Origin: Hydrolagus affinis
Taxonomy: Eukaryota
Assembly: GCA_012026655.1 (NCBI GenBank)
Contig: JAAILG010000164.1
Location: 1-64,000, forward strand
Length of the DNA stretch: 64,000 nt
Direction: 5' to 3'
A program made the position numbers and the translations under genes. The notes beneath the pieces are model-generated. The model saw only the letters and a list, made by a program, of their open reading frames with translations, ran no database searches and was not told where the DNA came from. Positions 10,850 through 23,560 of the stretch are shown here, piece after piece. Each line of letters starts with the position of its first letter. Positions within the stretch are counted from its first letter, which is position 1.

Positions 10850-11345
10850 CAATTTGTAGGGAATTACACAAAGATAAGTTATAATGTGAGGGATCACATG
10901 CACACAAGGTCAAGGTGATATTATAAAGGTTATCTATAAAAGTGCAGTGCTGGCACAGAGAAATTCTAACAATGATGGAGCAAGTAAGATGTTAGAACTG
11001 CAAATAGCAGAGTTATACAATTTACATTATGCTTGGAAATGGTAATTCTGTATAAAACATTGGTTAGGCCATAGCTGGAATATTGAGTAGAGATTCAGGT
11101 GCCATATTATAGAAAGGTTATTAGAGGGTTATTAGAGCTTTGTAGAGGGTAAATATACTGAACACTGTTCAATGAATTTACAGACAAGGATAGAATCACA
11201 AAAATCTAGGGCATGTGAACTCAACCTCAGAAGAGGGAGTGTGAACAGGCAATTCAAATGTAATTGCTTAACACACAGAACAGTGAATATGTGGAATAGG
11301 CATCCCAGAGAGCTTGTGTCAGTAAATTCAAGAAGAAATTAAATT
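10850..11345 (+). mobile_element. Old CR1 LINE 3' ORF2 fragment
   Basis: ctgtataaaacattggttaggccatagctggaatattg (LYKTLVRP-LEY remnant) and cacagaacagtgaatatgtggaatag, typical of the CR1 ORF2 C-terminus. Confidence 0.7.
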
Positions 11346-11621
11346 GTGTTTCTAAATTGTAAAGTGCTTTTATCTTCCTGCTTAATTTTTCAAATTATAT
11401 AAACCTTTTGTTTGAATTCAGACTCTAAACCAAACTCCTGAGAACTCCAAAAATATTTTTAGTTTGTGTTTGTCAGATGTGTACTCTCTCACCAAACGGC
11501 TGCACCCTCTTTGCCTAATCTCAGGCAATTTACGTGCTGGAACAAGTCAAAAACACACAACTTGCCATTGAGAGTACTGTCTGGTAAAATTCACATGGCT
11601 TATCTAACCAAGACTAGTCCA

Positions 11622-11967
11622 GAATCCTGTAGCATATTGGTTAGACCATTTGCCTTGCAAACAAGAAGAATCAGATTTAATTCCTTGGCAGGGCGAAACC
11701 TTAGGCAAGTTTGCTTACTCCACACGCCTCTATTTACCTAGCAGTAAATCAGAACCCGGTTGTTAGTGGATTGGTGGATCGCTTTCCGAGAGTAATAATC
11801 CCGGAAAAAAAAAAAAATTTGGTCACTCAATCCACGACTGTTTGTGGAATTGGCTGCCGCATTACACCCACAAAATACAGTCAATTCACTGTAACATATA
11901 TTCTGTGAAGACATCTCAATGACGTTATAAGGCACCGTATCAAATGCAAGGATTTTCATTATTATTA
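11622..11967 (+). mobile_element. tRNA-headed SINE, long subfamily
   Basis: tcctgtagc...ggcagggcgaaaccttaggcaagtttgcttactccacacgcctctatttacctagcagtaaat...caaatgcaagg. Confidence 0.9.
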
Positions 11968-12854
11968 CTCTACCTGTTAGGGCTTTGGTTTTTAAGATAA
12001 ATGGGAGCCACAAAATAAGTATTCATGCCCGCAGTGACTGGTCTGCTCCTCGAAGACATGAAATTGACCAGGATGCCTGGCCCATCATCAACAGGGTCTT
12101 TGGAGTAATATGGACCTGCCTGGCTCAGGAACTGAAGCCACCACAAAGGGTCATTTCGATTCTGATCTTCCATTGTCAGGCACATTACGTTGGAGCCAGA
12201 TCAGCATCAAATAAACCCTGCTCGCCTCCAATTATCAAAATCTGGAAAAATTAGATCATTGATCAGAGCTGAATGGTGAACCAGTAGCAGAAGGGTCTGG
12301 TAGCTGTCACTTTATGTCGTCTAAACAAAGAGGGAAATTCTGGCTCGCTGGCTGGCGATATTTTAATGTAACACTGACTTTGCCTCATTGACTTGTTTTT
12401 GTTTTTAATAGACGCACAGTCATTAGTTTACATTCTATACAGGTTGAATATGCCTACACATAAAGGTGGAAAATAGCACAGAAAGATAAGAGACAAAGCC
12501 AAGAGGTGAGAGAGAGAACTAGGGATAAAATATATTCCCAGAGACAAAGAACCTTCCATATAGACTGCATACACAGATATAGAGAAACACAGACAAAGAG
12601 GGCTGTAAATTGACTTCTCCAGCTTGTTTGATATTAGTTCTAGTTAATAGAACTAATGAATATTGGGCAATTCTCAAACAAATGGATATTGGGCAATTAT
12701 TGAATTTAATTCCTGTGGTATTTGTTCTCCAAGTTATGTTTTAATTGTGCAATCTTTTGTATCTTCAATTAACTGTACTTATTTATATATTTGGTGAAGA
12801 AAAGAATACTAAAATGTGGTGAAATATGAAAATATTTGGATAATATAGTAAACA

Positions 12855-13245
12855 TTCTTACATTTGATGTAGTGCCTTATCTCGTCGTTGAGATGTTTCA
12901 AAGTGCTTCACCGAATATACTTTAAAGTGAATTGACTGTAGTTTGTGAGTGAAACACGCCAATTGCACACAGCAGTTTCTCACAAACAAGTCGTGGATTG
13001 AGTGACAAAATTAATATTATTATTTATTTTGACGGGATACTACTACTAATAATAATCCTTGCAGTTGATATAGCACATTATTATTGTTACTCCCAGAGAG
13101 TAATCTGCCAATCTGACTCAACCTAATTCCTATTTACTGCTGGGTTTACTAAACAGAGGTACGTGGAGTAAGGAAACTTGCCTAAGGTTTTGCCCTGTGC
13201 AAGAATCAAATCCACCTGTGAGGCGAATGCTCTAACCAATATGCT
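12855..13245 (-). mobile_element. tRNA-headed SINE, long subfamily, with an extra tail fragment inside (~13045-13085)
   Basis: gtggagtaaggaaacttgcctaaggttttgccctg and gtgaattgactgta are reverse complements of the family consensus. Confidence 0.85.
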
Positions 13246-13699
13246 AACCAAAACAAATAGAATGTTTCTGCATTATAATTGTGAGGTTACTGAAAATTAT
13301 CATACCACATATCATATCTCCACAGCCCCCTCCCCTGTTGTAACATTGCAAGAACACAGACCATTTTGTACTGTTACATGGAACATTTTACAATTTGCAG
13401 AATCTTACATTGAGTAGTTTTAGGCTATTGATGGTGGAGCAACCGAGGCTGCAGACTTCACAAACAGTGGCACGCTGAGCTCAATAAGCAGGAGGGAACA
13501 TGTTAAACATCTTATTTCTTCCTTGTCCTGTCCAAAACTGTTATGAACTGTCAAATCCCATTCCTACTCTATAATAATAATAATAATAATCCTTACATTT
13601 GATATACTCTGCCACCAAATTAAGGTCATGGGCAAAACTGGAGATCCAAACTTCAGGGGAAAAATTCCACCTGGGTCCAAACTCACACTTATTTTTAGA

Positions 13700-14079
13700 A
13701 AAACCAGCTTGGCTCATCAGCAGGGCTTAGAGGCCTACTTCGGGAGCACGGATTCCTCCCACTTAGCCTCTGTTAAGATTGTGAGCCAAAGCCCCAACAG
13801 GTAAACTAGCTGGCAAAGCAGCTGGACAGCTTGCTAGGCAGTGCTCTCAATGGTATATTATGCAGTTTTAGCAGCTTAAACTGCAGCAGTAACCTGCACC
13901 TTACACTCGCTGGAATTAGGTAAAGCACGATGGATCCCTCCAGAGAGACAGTGCACATTCTATGCTAAGCATAGGAATTTGCATGTATAGATAGCAAACA
14001 TGGAACTTGCAGTTTGATTTGTAGACCTGTAAGCAAGATGATGGTTTTCGCATGTGTCAGAAACCAGACAAAAAAAAAT
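13700..14079 (+). repeat. Unnamed ~400-bp dispersed repeat, near full copy
   Basis: Motif order ggctcatcagcag / tcccacttagc / agccaaagc / gcagttttagcagcttaaact / ggaattaggtaaagc / gtgcacattc / gcatgtgtcaga...aaaaaaa is shared with 17975-18357 and 61310-61717. Confidence 0.75.
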
Positions 14080-14683
14080 CATCTTCAACTGTACTGTATG
14101 TAACCAGATGTATGGCTATATAACCAGATGACATGGTCAAGTTTTTAAGCACAAAAATCCTATAATACAGTCAAAAGATGTTGCTTGCCCTAGGAGCAGA
14201 CATATGAATAAATGTAAGCCTCTATCAGACTCTGAGGTACCAGAAGATGCGATATCTATCACTGAGCCAGAGGGAGCCACGTGGCTGTCTAGAGAAGGGA
14301 AAAAATTATTTTGCTGCACTTAAGGTGCACATGATTGAAGTGGTATACTGAGTCATTCCTGTAAGGCTCTGACATTTCCATCAGTGCTGAATAGAAGGCA
14401 ACAATTACAATGCGTGCAGTTCCTCAGCTAACCGCGTATTATCATTCAATGGCTGTGACAGCATTTTCCCACTGATGCAAATGTAACACTTTGAATGCCT
14501 TGGTGCTTCCAAGACAATGACACCGAACCACATCACCCTGACTCCTTGAAAACAAGCATAGAATGTAATGGAAGAGAACAATACAAAGAGAGAGCTCATA
14601 ATAATAATAATACTTGAATCTGCTCAAGGTCGCTAAGTTCTGCATCTTTGTTGGTGTCAGTTTATTATTATTATTAATATTCA

Positions 14684-14984
14684 TAATAATCCTTGCATTT
14701 GATAGAGTGCTTTTCACGTCTACTATAGCTCACAGTGCTTTACAGAATATACTGTAAAGTGAATTGACCATATTTGTGGGTGAAATACAGCAGCCAATTG
14801 CATATAGCACTGTAACACATACAGTCGTGGACGGAAATTAATAATTTATTATTAGTTTGTTTTGAAGGATTATTATCAGGCAGGTGGAGTAAGGAAACGT
14901 GCCCAAAGTTTCACCCTGCCAGAAACAGAACCCAGGTTTCTCGCTTGCAAGGTGTGTGCTCTAACCATTGAGATATGGGACCCC
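14684..14984 (-). mobile_element. tRNA-headed SINE, short subfamily
   Basis: Tail ataatccttgcatttgatag... through ggattattatcaggcaggtggagtaaggaaac to the head gtgctctaaccattgag. Confidence 0.85.
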
Positions 14985-16264
14985 TGATATGTTTCTTTTC
15001 ATATTGTGTCTTTCCCGTCAATTGCATTTTATTTTCTTGCTGCAGTGTGATTATTTTCATTCAAAACAACACACACAATATTCTTTCTCAATGCGACTTC
15101 CTTTCGAACACCATGAGTAACATTTACACCAGACAGCATGTAATGAGACAAATCTGCTGGAATAAAAAAGCCTGATTCCATTCAAAACGGATTCCTTTTG
15201 CTTTTGTGGCATTCTTTTCCCCAGTAAATCTCCTGTTTCTTTTTCTGAGAGGATGTCAATGATAAATCTAAGCAGAGGAAAGCTGGAAAACAAGACTGGC
15301 AGGAATCCATCGGTCCAGACTTCCATAATCTTATTGCAAAACGTTCCCATATTCTTTTGTACTGCGGACGTTTCTTTACACAAGGGGAGAGGGGACGTTT
15401 TGAAAAGTTAGATCAACACTGGTTGGATGGGGCTGTCATAATGTTATTCATTTTGGCTCTGAGAATGTTTTCACAAAGAAAAGCCCTTGAATAGTGGACA
15501 TCTGAATCACCTCGGACTAGCTAAAGAGCCGTTTCTAAAGAACACCGACATTCAGGCAGATTTTTCTCTTCAAGAATAATGGCTCTTATTAACAGGGCAT
15601 GTTTGTAAGAGCAAAATAATCTACTCTCTTTATGTTTTTTTTGTCAGAGCAGACTTGTTTCCTGGCAACACTGCACAGCACCTCAACACTGGTGAGAATT
15701 TGCTGCCCTTAGGGGGAGCCAATTAGCTGTCAGACTCCTGCTGAGTCTCCACTAACAAGTCGCTATCTCCTTTTGGGACAATGTACTGTATTTTGCTTCC
15801 TGGACATGCAAAATTAACTGTCGTGCAGAGAGTAAAATGAGAGCTGCTGCTCTTATACTGCTCCAGTCTTCTGCAGTCATAGATGAACGCATTTACAATG
15901 TATCCTTTCACTTTAAGGGGTATGTGATCCACCCCTCCTCGTGGCCCCCTGCGAAGTTTGCAACTAAAGCTCCTCCAGTCTGTGTTTGTGTGGGAAGAGC
16001 CACGAACTTATAAAGTCAGCAATCTAAACTGGGTCACTCAATCATGATCCACTAAAATCATGAGCAGTAGTTAGAATAGTCATTGACCAAAAGCAGTCAA
16101 TGCGCGAATTCACAGGGGAAAGGTGAAGTGTGGGTGCACTCTTGAGGCCAGCGATAACTATCGACTACTTTTGACTGCATTTGTGCTGATTATCCATGGC
16201 AATAATATGACATGAAGAGATCTTGCTCAAGCTCATAGATTATTAAAGAGCTGCTTTATTTATT

Positions 16265-16440
16265 TAGCGTTCTGGTCAGACCTCATTGAAGCATTGTGTT
16301 CAGTTTTAGATACCCAATCTTAGGAAGAATGTATTAACCCCGGATGGTGTCTAGTGACAGTTCACGGGATTGAACAAGCTCAGCTATGATGTAAGGCTGT
16401 GTAGCCAGGGTTATATTCTTTAGAGCGGAGGAAGTCATCT
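16265..16440 (+). mobile_element. CR1 ORF2 fragment
   Basis: ctggtcagacctcattgaagcattgtgttcagtttt (LVRPH-EHCVQF remnant). Confidence 0.65.
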
Positions 16441-17084
16441 ACTAGTATAAATAAATCACACCCGTGTTCACTGCGCATTGTTTTCAAGTTATTATTTATT
16501 ACCTTTGTTTGGGGGGGTGGGGGGCTCAGTCCAAGGGTTATGAGTCTGAGCAAGATGTGGGGGCTTTGAGTTTATCTTTTGTGGGCAAAGCACAGCAGCC
16601 AAATATAAGGATTACTGAAGTTTTACTGGTGGTCATGTCGTCCCGTGTCCTCATGGGGTCTCAGAAAAAGCAAATCTAGGATCTGTAGATGTCAGTGCTC
16701 CTCCATCTGTCAACAGACATACAAGTAGATTGATTTTGTCACATTGTTAGATACATCGCTTTAAATTCCAAGTCAAAGTTTGTGGTGCAACATGTGACAT
16801 ATTTTTTAAAATGTCATGCGATAATGAATAACCTGAGTGCCCAGCCAGTAATGGTAACGGGTTTGGGAAGTCAGCCTGATGTGGAATGCACTGTATAAAA
16901 GTAAATTTGTGTTGTATCTGTTAGGAAATTCTATATACTGATCTGATCTTGTGGGAAGCAGAGTGCGTTGGAAACATACTTGATCCTAGGTTGAAAGCTG
17001 GAATTACTTGATTAAATAATTTATTTCCTATTTGTGCGATCCAATATTCTATGTATTGTTAGCTACTGAATTTTAAATAAAATT

Positions 17085-17262
17085 ATGAACTCTAATTTTT
17101 AGAAGGCATTTGATACAATTCCATGTCTGTTTAGAGAAAGATTTAGAGTGATGAAATAAATGTATGTGAGGTTAGCTAATGGAATTGAAAACTGACTCAA
17201 CAAAAGGAAGCAGAAGATGATAAACAGTGAAAGCTCTGCCTAGGGAATCAATGAATAGTGGA
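17085..17262 (+). mobile_element. CR1 reverse-transcriptase fragment
   Basis: ttttagaaggcatttgatacaattcc (KAFDT remnant) followed by tggaattgaaaactgactcaacaaaaggaagcagaag (WIENWL..RKQR remnant). Confidence 0.6.
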
Positions 17263-17264
17263 GT

Positions 17265-17925
17265 CTGTTGCGCTTCAGATGGGACTATAATCCCAGATCA
17301 CATCAGCCTGTTCTTCAGGTGGATGATAAAGATCCTGTGACACTATTTATAATAATAATAATCCTTGCATTTGATACATCGTCGTAGTACATTTTCAAGA
17401 CATCTCAAAGCACCTCACAGAATATACTGTAAAGTGAATTGACTATGTTTTGTGGGCAAAACATGGCAATAATTGCACACAGCAGTGTCCCACAAACAGT
17501 TATAGATTAAGTGACCAATTTTTTTTTAAGGGATTATTATCCCCAGAAAAACTATTCCCCCCCATCAAACTAACAACCGAGTTCGTAATTAATGCTAGGT
17601 AAACAGAGGTGTGTGGAATAAGGAAACTTGCCGAACATTTTGCCTTGCCGGGAATCAAACCCAGGTCTCTCAGTTGCAATGGAAGTGCTCTAACTACTGA
17701 TCTGCAAGACTCCATATAGCTGAAGAGAGAAGGGAGTTTCACCTGTTGTCCTGTCCAACAATTCTCTAAATTATTTGGCTATTCATCTCAGAATAGTTTG
17801 GGGACCTTAGCATCCACGATTTACTGCCCCGATTTCCCTGAAAAATAGTTACTATACTTGTTAGCAATTATTTGTGAAGTGCTTTCACTCGTTTTGGCTT
17901 AAAAGGCACGTAAAATTGCTAATTC
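17265..17925 (+). mobile_element. Deu-domain SINE interrupted by a younger SINE
   Basis: ...caggtggatgataaagatcctgtgacactattt stops at ~17348 and resumes at ~17720 with gaagagagaagggagtttcacctgttgtcctgtccaacaat. Confidence 0.7.
17349..17713 (-). mobile_element. tRNA-headed SINE, long subfamily, nested in a Deu-SINE
   Basis: Full reverse-complement copy: ataatccttgcatttgat...tgctaggtaaacagaggtgtgtggaataaggaaacttgcc...gtgctctaactactga. Confidence 0.9.
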
Positions 17926-17974
17926 TTTCTTCTTTCTTTCCGGTTTACATTATTCATCAGCACAGCTGATGACA

Positions 17975-18357
17975 GACCAGCAAGCCTGGCTCATCAACGG
18001 TTCTTGGAGCTGCAGATCGATCATTGAAAACAGGGGTTCTTCCCACTCAGCTCCTATTTACCCTGCAAGCCAAAGCTCCAATGATTAGGGAATTCCTCAT
18101 GGACAAGTAGCAGGAAGCTTGCCAGGCTATGCAGTTTTAGTTGACTAAACTCAAGGGTTCCCAGTCTACTCTCAGATCCCTAAGCCTTGGCTCTTGCCAA
18201 TTTCCACCTAATATTTTCTAGCAATAAGTAAGCAGGATACATCCCTCTAGGGAGAGACATGTATATTCCATTCCAGATACAGTGAAATTACCATGTGTGA
18301 TTTACATACATGATGTTGAGTTTCTGCATGTGTCAGATACCCAGCCTACCAAAAATA
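17975..18357 (+). repeat. Unnamed ~400-bp dispersed repeat, near full copy
   Basis: cctggctcatcaac / ttcttcccactcagc / gcaagccaaagc / gcagttttag / taagtaagcaggatacatccct / ctgcatgtgtcagatacccagc...aaaaa. Confidence 0.75.
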
Positions 18358-19859
18358 TTGGTTTTACAGAGGAAATTACTATATAGTAATATCACAGAAT
18401 TTTATAAAGCTATGTAACCAGATGATGCTTGTAAGACTGACTGAGTAGATGAATGGACTAATAACAACTACAAAATTACATTTGTACAGTATCTTTCACA
18501 TCAGGAGGATATCCTATGGAGCTGATGCATAGGCAGCTAAATTTTAACCCTTAGAATGGTGGGGCTGAGTTCACTATCTGCTGCAACAGCCTTCAGGACT
18601 GCTGACTGTTGCCTTTGCCCGTCTTATTTTAGATACAACTGTCTCATGAGGCATTGATTTGACTCATTCCTATCAATGTTCCAATCTTTTCATTGGCTGC
18701 AAAACTACCCTCTAAATATGTTTTTTTTCAGCCAGTGAAAATCTTTTAATAAAATAGCTACTGCCACTTTCCAATATGAATGGTGGGAACTGGAATAAAG
18801 ACACTGATGAAAATAGGAAAATTTAAACAACAGCAACAACCAAATTACATTTGTATAGCGCCTTTCTTGTCGGGAGGACGTCCCAAGTGCTGAGACAAAT
18901 GGGAGAAAGGGTAGAACGTCACAAAAATATATATATTTTTAAAAAAGACAAGTAGGAAAAATAAAAGGGAAAAGTGATGGCAGTTTTTAAATTGTTTATT
19001 TTAATTAATATTTTCACATTTTAAAGAGTTAGGGTTAATAGTAGAGGCAACAATATGAACTAGGAAAAATTTATTTGACAGCTGGATCAGGTTATCAGAG
19101 GGTGGGCCCTGGACACATTCAATTCATCACTTGGTGCTGTAATAGGAAGATGGTAGGATAGATATTCTGCAAGGATGAGATCAAATGGGTTGAGGGCCTT
19201 CTTCATACAAACCTCCCTTGTGATCTTTATCAATTTTAGGGGGATGTCAGTATCAGTATGTTCACTGAAAACATACAAACTTGGGGCTCCTTAGAAGTGC
19301 TGGCAGGCTCGTACCTAATTTATAGCATTTGATGTCGTGTGGCCGTACTTTCAGCAATGAAGCAATTAGAAGCAGGAAAGGAGGATTTTTATTTTCAGTT
19401 CTGAATTGCTGAGAGCTTCACGAATGAGCAACTAATTAGTTTTATTGTTGTTTAAGAACAGGGAGTGAGAGTGGCATTTAAATAACATTAAAAGTGGTGC
19501 ATTAAAACATTGGACTCTTCTAGGGAAACTATTTGTCAGTGGATACAATTGCACGTTTAAATGAATTTGCATCATCTATATTTACACTGCAATAATGCCA
19601 ATCTTCTTTCCTCGCGGTAGCTTTGTCAAATGGGCTTCAATACGGATTATATGATCACAAGCTTGATTTGGATGAAGAAGGCCCTTTGGTCCAACTAGTC
19701 GCCCTCCAGAATATCCACCCTATGGTTCTTCCATCACAGATTCAAGCTGCTTTTTAAATAAGTTCAGTGTCCTGATCTCTAACACCTATCCTGGCAACTT
19801 GCTCAGATCTAACTATTGATCTGGCTTTACTGATTCATCACAAAACACATAGTATAAAC

Positions 19860-20090
19860 CAGACATCAGGATTTGTCTGGGGAAATGTAAGGTGATTGGA
19901 ATGGAAACAGGAAGAAAAGTATTTCTTCATACAGTTGACAACTGGAAATGGGATACCAGGAAAAGTAATTGAGGCAAGGACAATGTACACATTTAAGAAA
20001 CTTCTTGACATTATAATGGGTAAATAGCAAAAGTAGGTATTCCCGATAGACAAGATTGCGTATTATAATAATTAAATATCAGGATGAACC
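19860..20090 (+). mobile_element. CR1 3' end fragment
   Basis: gaaaagtatttcttcatacag...actggaaatgggataccaggaaaagtaattgaggc...tttaagaaacttcttgac is the CR1 terminal ORF2 pattern. Confidence 0.55.
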
Positions 20091-21344
20091 ATTTCTTATC
20101 TGTACAATTTAAATGCAGTTTATTAACTCTAATAGATTTCTGTAGTTGAAGCACTGCAATTGATCTCCAACTCCATATCCTTGCTAAAGACAAGATAGTT
20201 GCTTCTATTGTTGAAGTACTGGCAATACTAGACGCAATGCTGGATTATATAGTAAGTGATTGCCTTCTATCCCACATTGACATTCTTTCTGCACTTTCGC
20301 AATAGGACCTATAGCTTAATGACTACAATACAAAATTCTAAACTAGTTAGTTCCAGGTTTGACTCTCGGGTCTGGCTGAAAATTGCATTCCTGAAGTGGG
20401 CAAATCAGAGCCATGGAGGCAAATTTCAGGATTCAATTGACATTTGTACCGGTTCTGTGAGCCAGAAAAATGTTTCCTGACCAAATGGCTCTGAGTCAGT
20501 AAATTCTGATGATTTGAGCCAAACTCCTTGGCCATTCAGTCACGTTGATCAGTGGATTTGGCCGAAGTGCATTGAGATTTCTTCCTTTCCTTTAAAGCAA
20601 AATAAGCAATGAGAAGACTGTTGGAATTGCTGCTGAATATAACGGATTGCATGTAATACAGAGGCATTAATCATACTATTTTCTGCAGTCACTCAAGGGA
20701 AAAGGCAGCGAATTCATAGAGGAAATATGAATGGTTCGAAAAATGATTAAATTGGAATCTGGAATCAAAGATGATACTTGCTAGACTTGCGCAAAACATT
20801 CTATTTCCTATCATACCCTGCCAGTTTTGCAATTTGAACAGCCATTTGTGTAGTTTGGGCAGAACACCTTGTATAATCTTAACCCACCGTAGAGAACAAA
20901 ACAGACCTGATAAATTGCATTCTCACTCTGGCGAACTGTCTTCAGTAGTTCAGAGGGAGCATACAATTTGCGCTTGAGGGGAATCAAACAACTGGCACTT
21001 ATTTAGTACCATTCATGTAGGATAACTCACAATATACACAATCATTACAGTTTGCAGTATATCTAGTGAAAACTTTGAGACAATATATCAAATGTAAGAA
21101 TTATTATTCCCAAGTCTCAAAATGCTTAAAAAGCACATTATAAAATATATGATAGTTGTCACCTTTATTCTATATTATAACAACAACAAAATTACATTTA
21201 TAGAGCGCCTTTCACTTTGGGAGGATATCACAAGGTGCTGAACACTTTCAGGATTACAAATGTCTGGATAATGGTACAATTTAGCCTAATGATCATCATA
21301 AGCAGACCTGATACTCTAACACCTTTGATGTTATTCCTCACTTG

Positions 21345-21535
21345 AGGGTCCCAGCAGGGGCGTTTTTACTAGCAGGAATAGAAATCACCTGGGATCAGAA
21401 ACCAAGCTGATTTTCTTCTCCCAAATTTAAGGGCACTGAAACCAGTTTGTTGTAATCCAACTGCTCCCCCAACTCATCACAGACCTGGATTCAGACCTGT
21501 GACTTTTCTAGGCTGTATGGTTTAATGCTCAGACA
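21345..21535 (-). mobile_element. Old tRNA-derived SINE fragment, AmnSINE2-like by recollection
   Basis: Reverse complement: ccatacagcctagaaaagtcacaggtctgaatccaggtctgtgatgagtt...cagtgccctt...gggagaagaaaatcagc...cccctgctgg. The family name is from memory and was not verified. Confidence 0.4.
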
Positions 21536-21779
21536 CAAGATGATCAATTATATATCAATCATGTGCACAATTAAAGCCTTACAAGGTCAACTGAACATCC
21601 ACAACATTAATCCTATTCTCTCTCCACAATGAGTCAACTGACCTATTACTCAATAGAAATTCAACAACATCTTGTCCTTATTTGGTACCTTTCAAACATC
21701 TCAAAGTGCTTCACAGAGATGGACTGGCAGCACAAGCAGGCTAGGAGATGGGAGAGGAATAGAAGGGGTGTAACCTTTT

Positions 21780-22170
21780 CACCTTTAAATCCCTCCACGG
21801 TTTCATTCCACTCTGTGACATCTGAAACTCGACTGACCTGGCCACTCCCTTTATTCAGCAAAAACTGGCCTGCTTCATATCCCCCATCCTACCTGCCCCA
21901 TCGTTGGCAGGCAGGCAGGCTTTCAGCTTTCCTGACCCCACTCTCTGGAACTCCATCCTGTAGCCCCTCTGATTCATTCGCTCCCTCACCTCTTTCATTG
22001 ACCATTTACAGAGCCATCTCTTTGACTATGCTTTTGGACATTTTAGTAACCCCCTTTGGTACCCACCTCCAGCTCGGGTACTCAGCCAGAAATGTTAAGT
22101 GTTCAGCGACGATGTTCTCATGTGATAGGTGCATTAAAAATGTACATTTATACTGTATTGTTATTATATA
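21780..22170 (+). mobile_element. Old L2 3' fragment
   Basis: cctttaaatccctccacgg...ccactctctggaactccatcc...ctctttgactatgcttttgg plus a degenerate tail. Confidence 0.7.
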
Positions 22171-22794
22171 ACTGAAGCAAAGTCAAAGGGGTAGGTTTTT
22201 AGAAGGATTTTGAAAGCTTGTTAATGGTGGTCAGGAAATGGGGGTTGGGGTGGGTGACGTAGAGCAGGCCTGAACTGATCGAAGTGGAGGGCTTCTATAG
22301 GGAAGTACTATACTGACCCAAAGTAATTCATACTGTCCCTAGAAATCACAGGACTTGTTTCATTATAAGCAATGGGGAGTCATATGCTTCAATCAGGTTT
22401 CATTGCAGGAGTCCACACCACGTTTCTTCCATTGGGCCAGTTTTACCTGAGATGTAGGCTGGAGATCTCAGAGCAATTTGATTTAACAGAAGTGGAATGA
22501 GACCCCCTCTAGGATCTTTGGCTTCGCACCAGCTGCTGCAGTGTAATTGGAATTCGTGTGAAATAAACTTTTAAATGTCAAAGTTAAAGTATAAAAAGTT
22601 CCTCGGGCTTCTTCTAGACCACCCTAGGTTTCTTTTTAATGTTACTATAGTCAGGACGACAGTTAGCTCTCTTACCAACGTGAATTTACCAGGCATGCAT
22701 CTAATTTACCTACAGATACACAATAAAATCCTATGAAGCGCTTCGTCTTGACAACACGACAAAGTGCTATTTCAAATGCAGGGATTACAAAGTA

Positions 22795-22968
22795 CACTTC
22801 AGCTGGATGTTAAAGATCCAATGGCACTATTTGAAAAAGAGAAGGGAATTTCTCCCACTGTTCTGGCCAATAATCTCCTAATAAAGGAGAGATTTGAGAC
22901 ATCTTCATGATGTGAGAACAATTTTTTTTTTTAAAAAGACTCTATACCAAAGGCAAGGGTTATTATTA
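22795..22968 (+). mobile_element. Deu-domain SINE fragment
   Basis: ttcagctggatgttaaagatccaatggcactatttgaaaaagagaagggaatttctcccactgttctggccaataat. Confidence 0.75.
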
Positions 22969-23354
22969 CACTCGAATATTCAGTGGTGTTGTGTGGTGGC
23001 AATATTATTGGGTGTTGTCCACTTGTTTTGCTCACAAAGCAGATATTAGTATGGGTATATATCTATATCTGGAAAGATGGCATAGATAATAATTCTAATA
23101 ATCCGTGGATTCAATATGGTGCCTATAAATTTTTTTAAGTGTTTCACATTGATTGTTGTAAAGTGAAGTGACGGTATTTGACAGAATCGATTTGTGCATT
23201 ACAATGTCCCACAGACAGCCACAAAGGAACATTGGTAGAGATACATTAATAATTCGCTAAATTACTTTCCAGAATGAACTAATTAGGCCAATGGCCTGTT
23301 TCCATTCCATATCATTTCATGTAAACAACAACAACAACAAAATTTAAACAAATT

Positions 23355-23560
23355 AATCTGGCCGATTGGTGGTCAGGATATGAAAGAAGTTCCCGTCTCT
23401 TTTCGAATATTGCCATAGAATTTTTAACTTTCACCTGAATTGACAGATTGGACTTCGATTTAACATGTAATCCGAGGATATCTCCAACAAGACAGCACTC
23501 CCCCAACACATTATTGGGGTGTCAACCTGGACTTTAAGCTCAAAGTCCCAATGTGGGGCC
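23355..23560 (-). mobile_element. Deu-domain SINE fragment
   Basis: Reverse complement includes gagtgctgtcttgttggag...cggattacatgttaaatcgaagtcc...caggtgaaagttaaaaattctatggcaatattcg. Confidence 0.7.

Noticed and set aside
21629-22171. 180-aa ORF
   Set aside because: Overlaps a decayed L2 3' fragment and has no recognisable domain.
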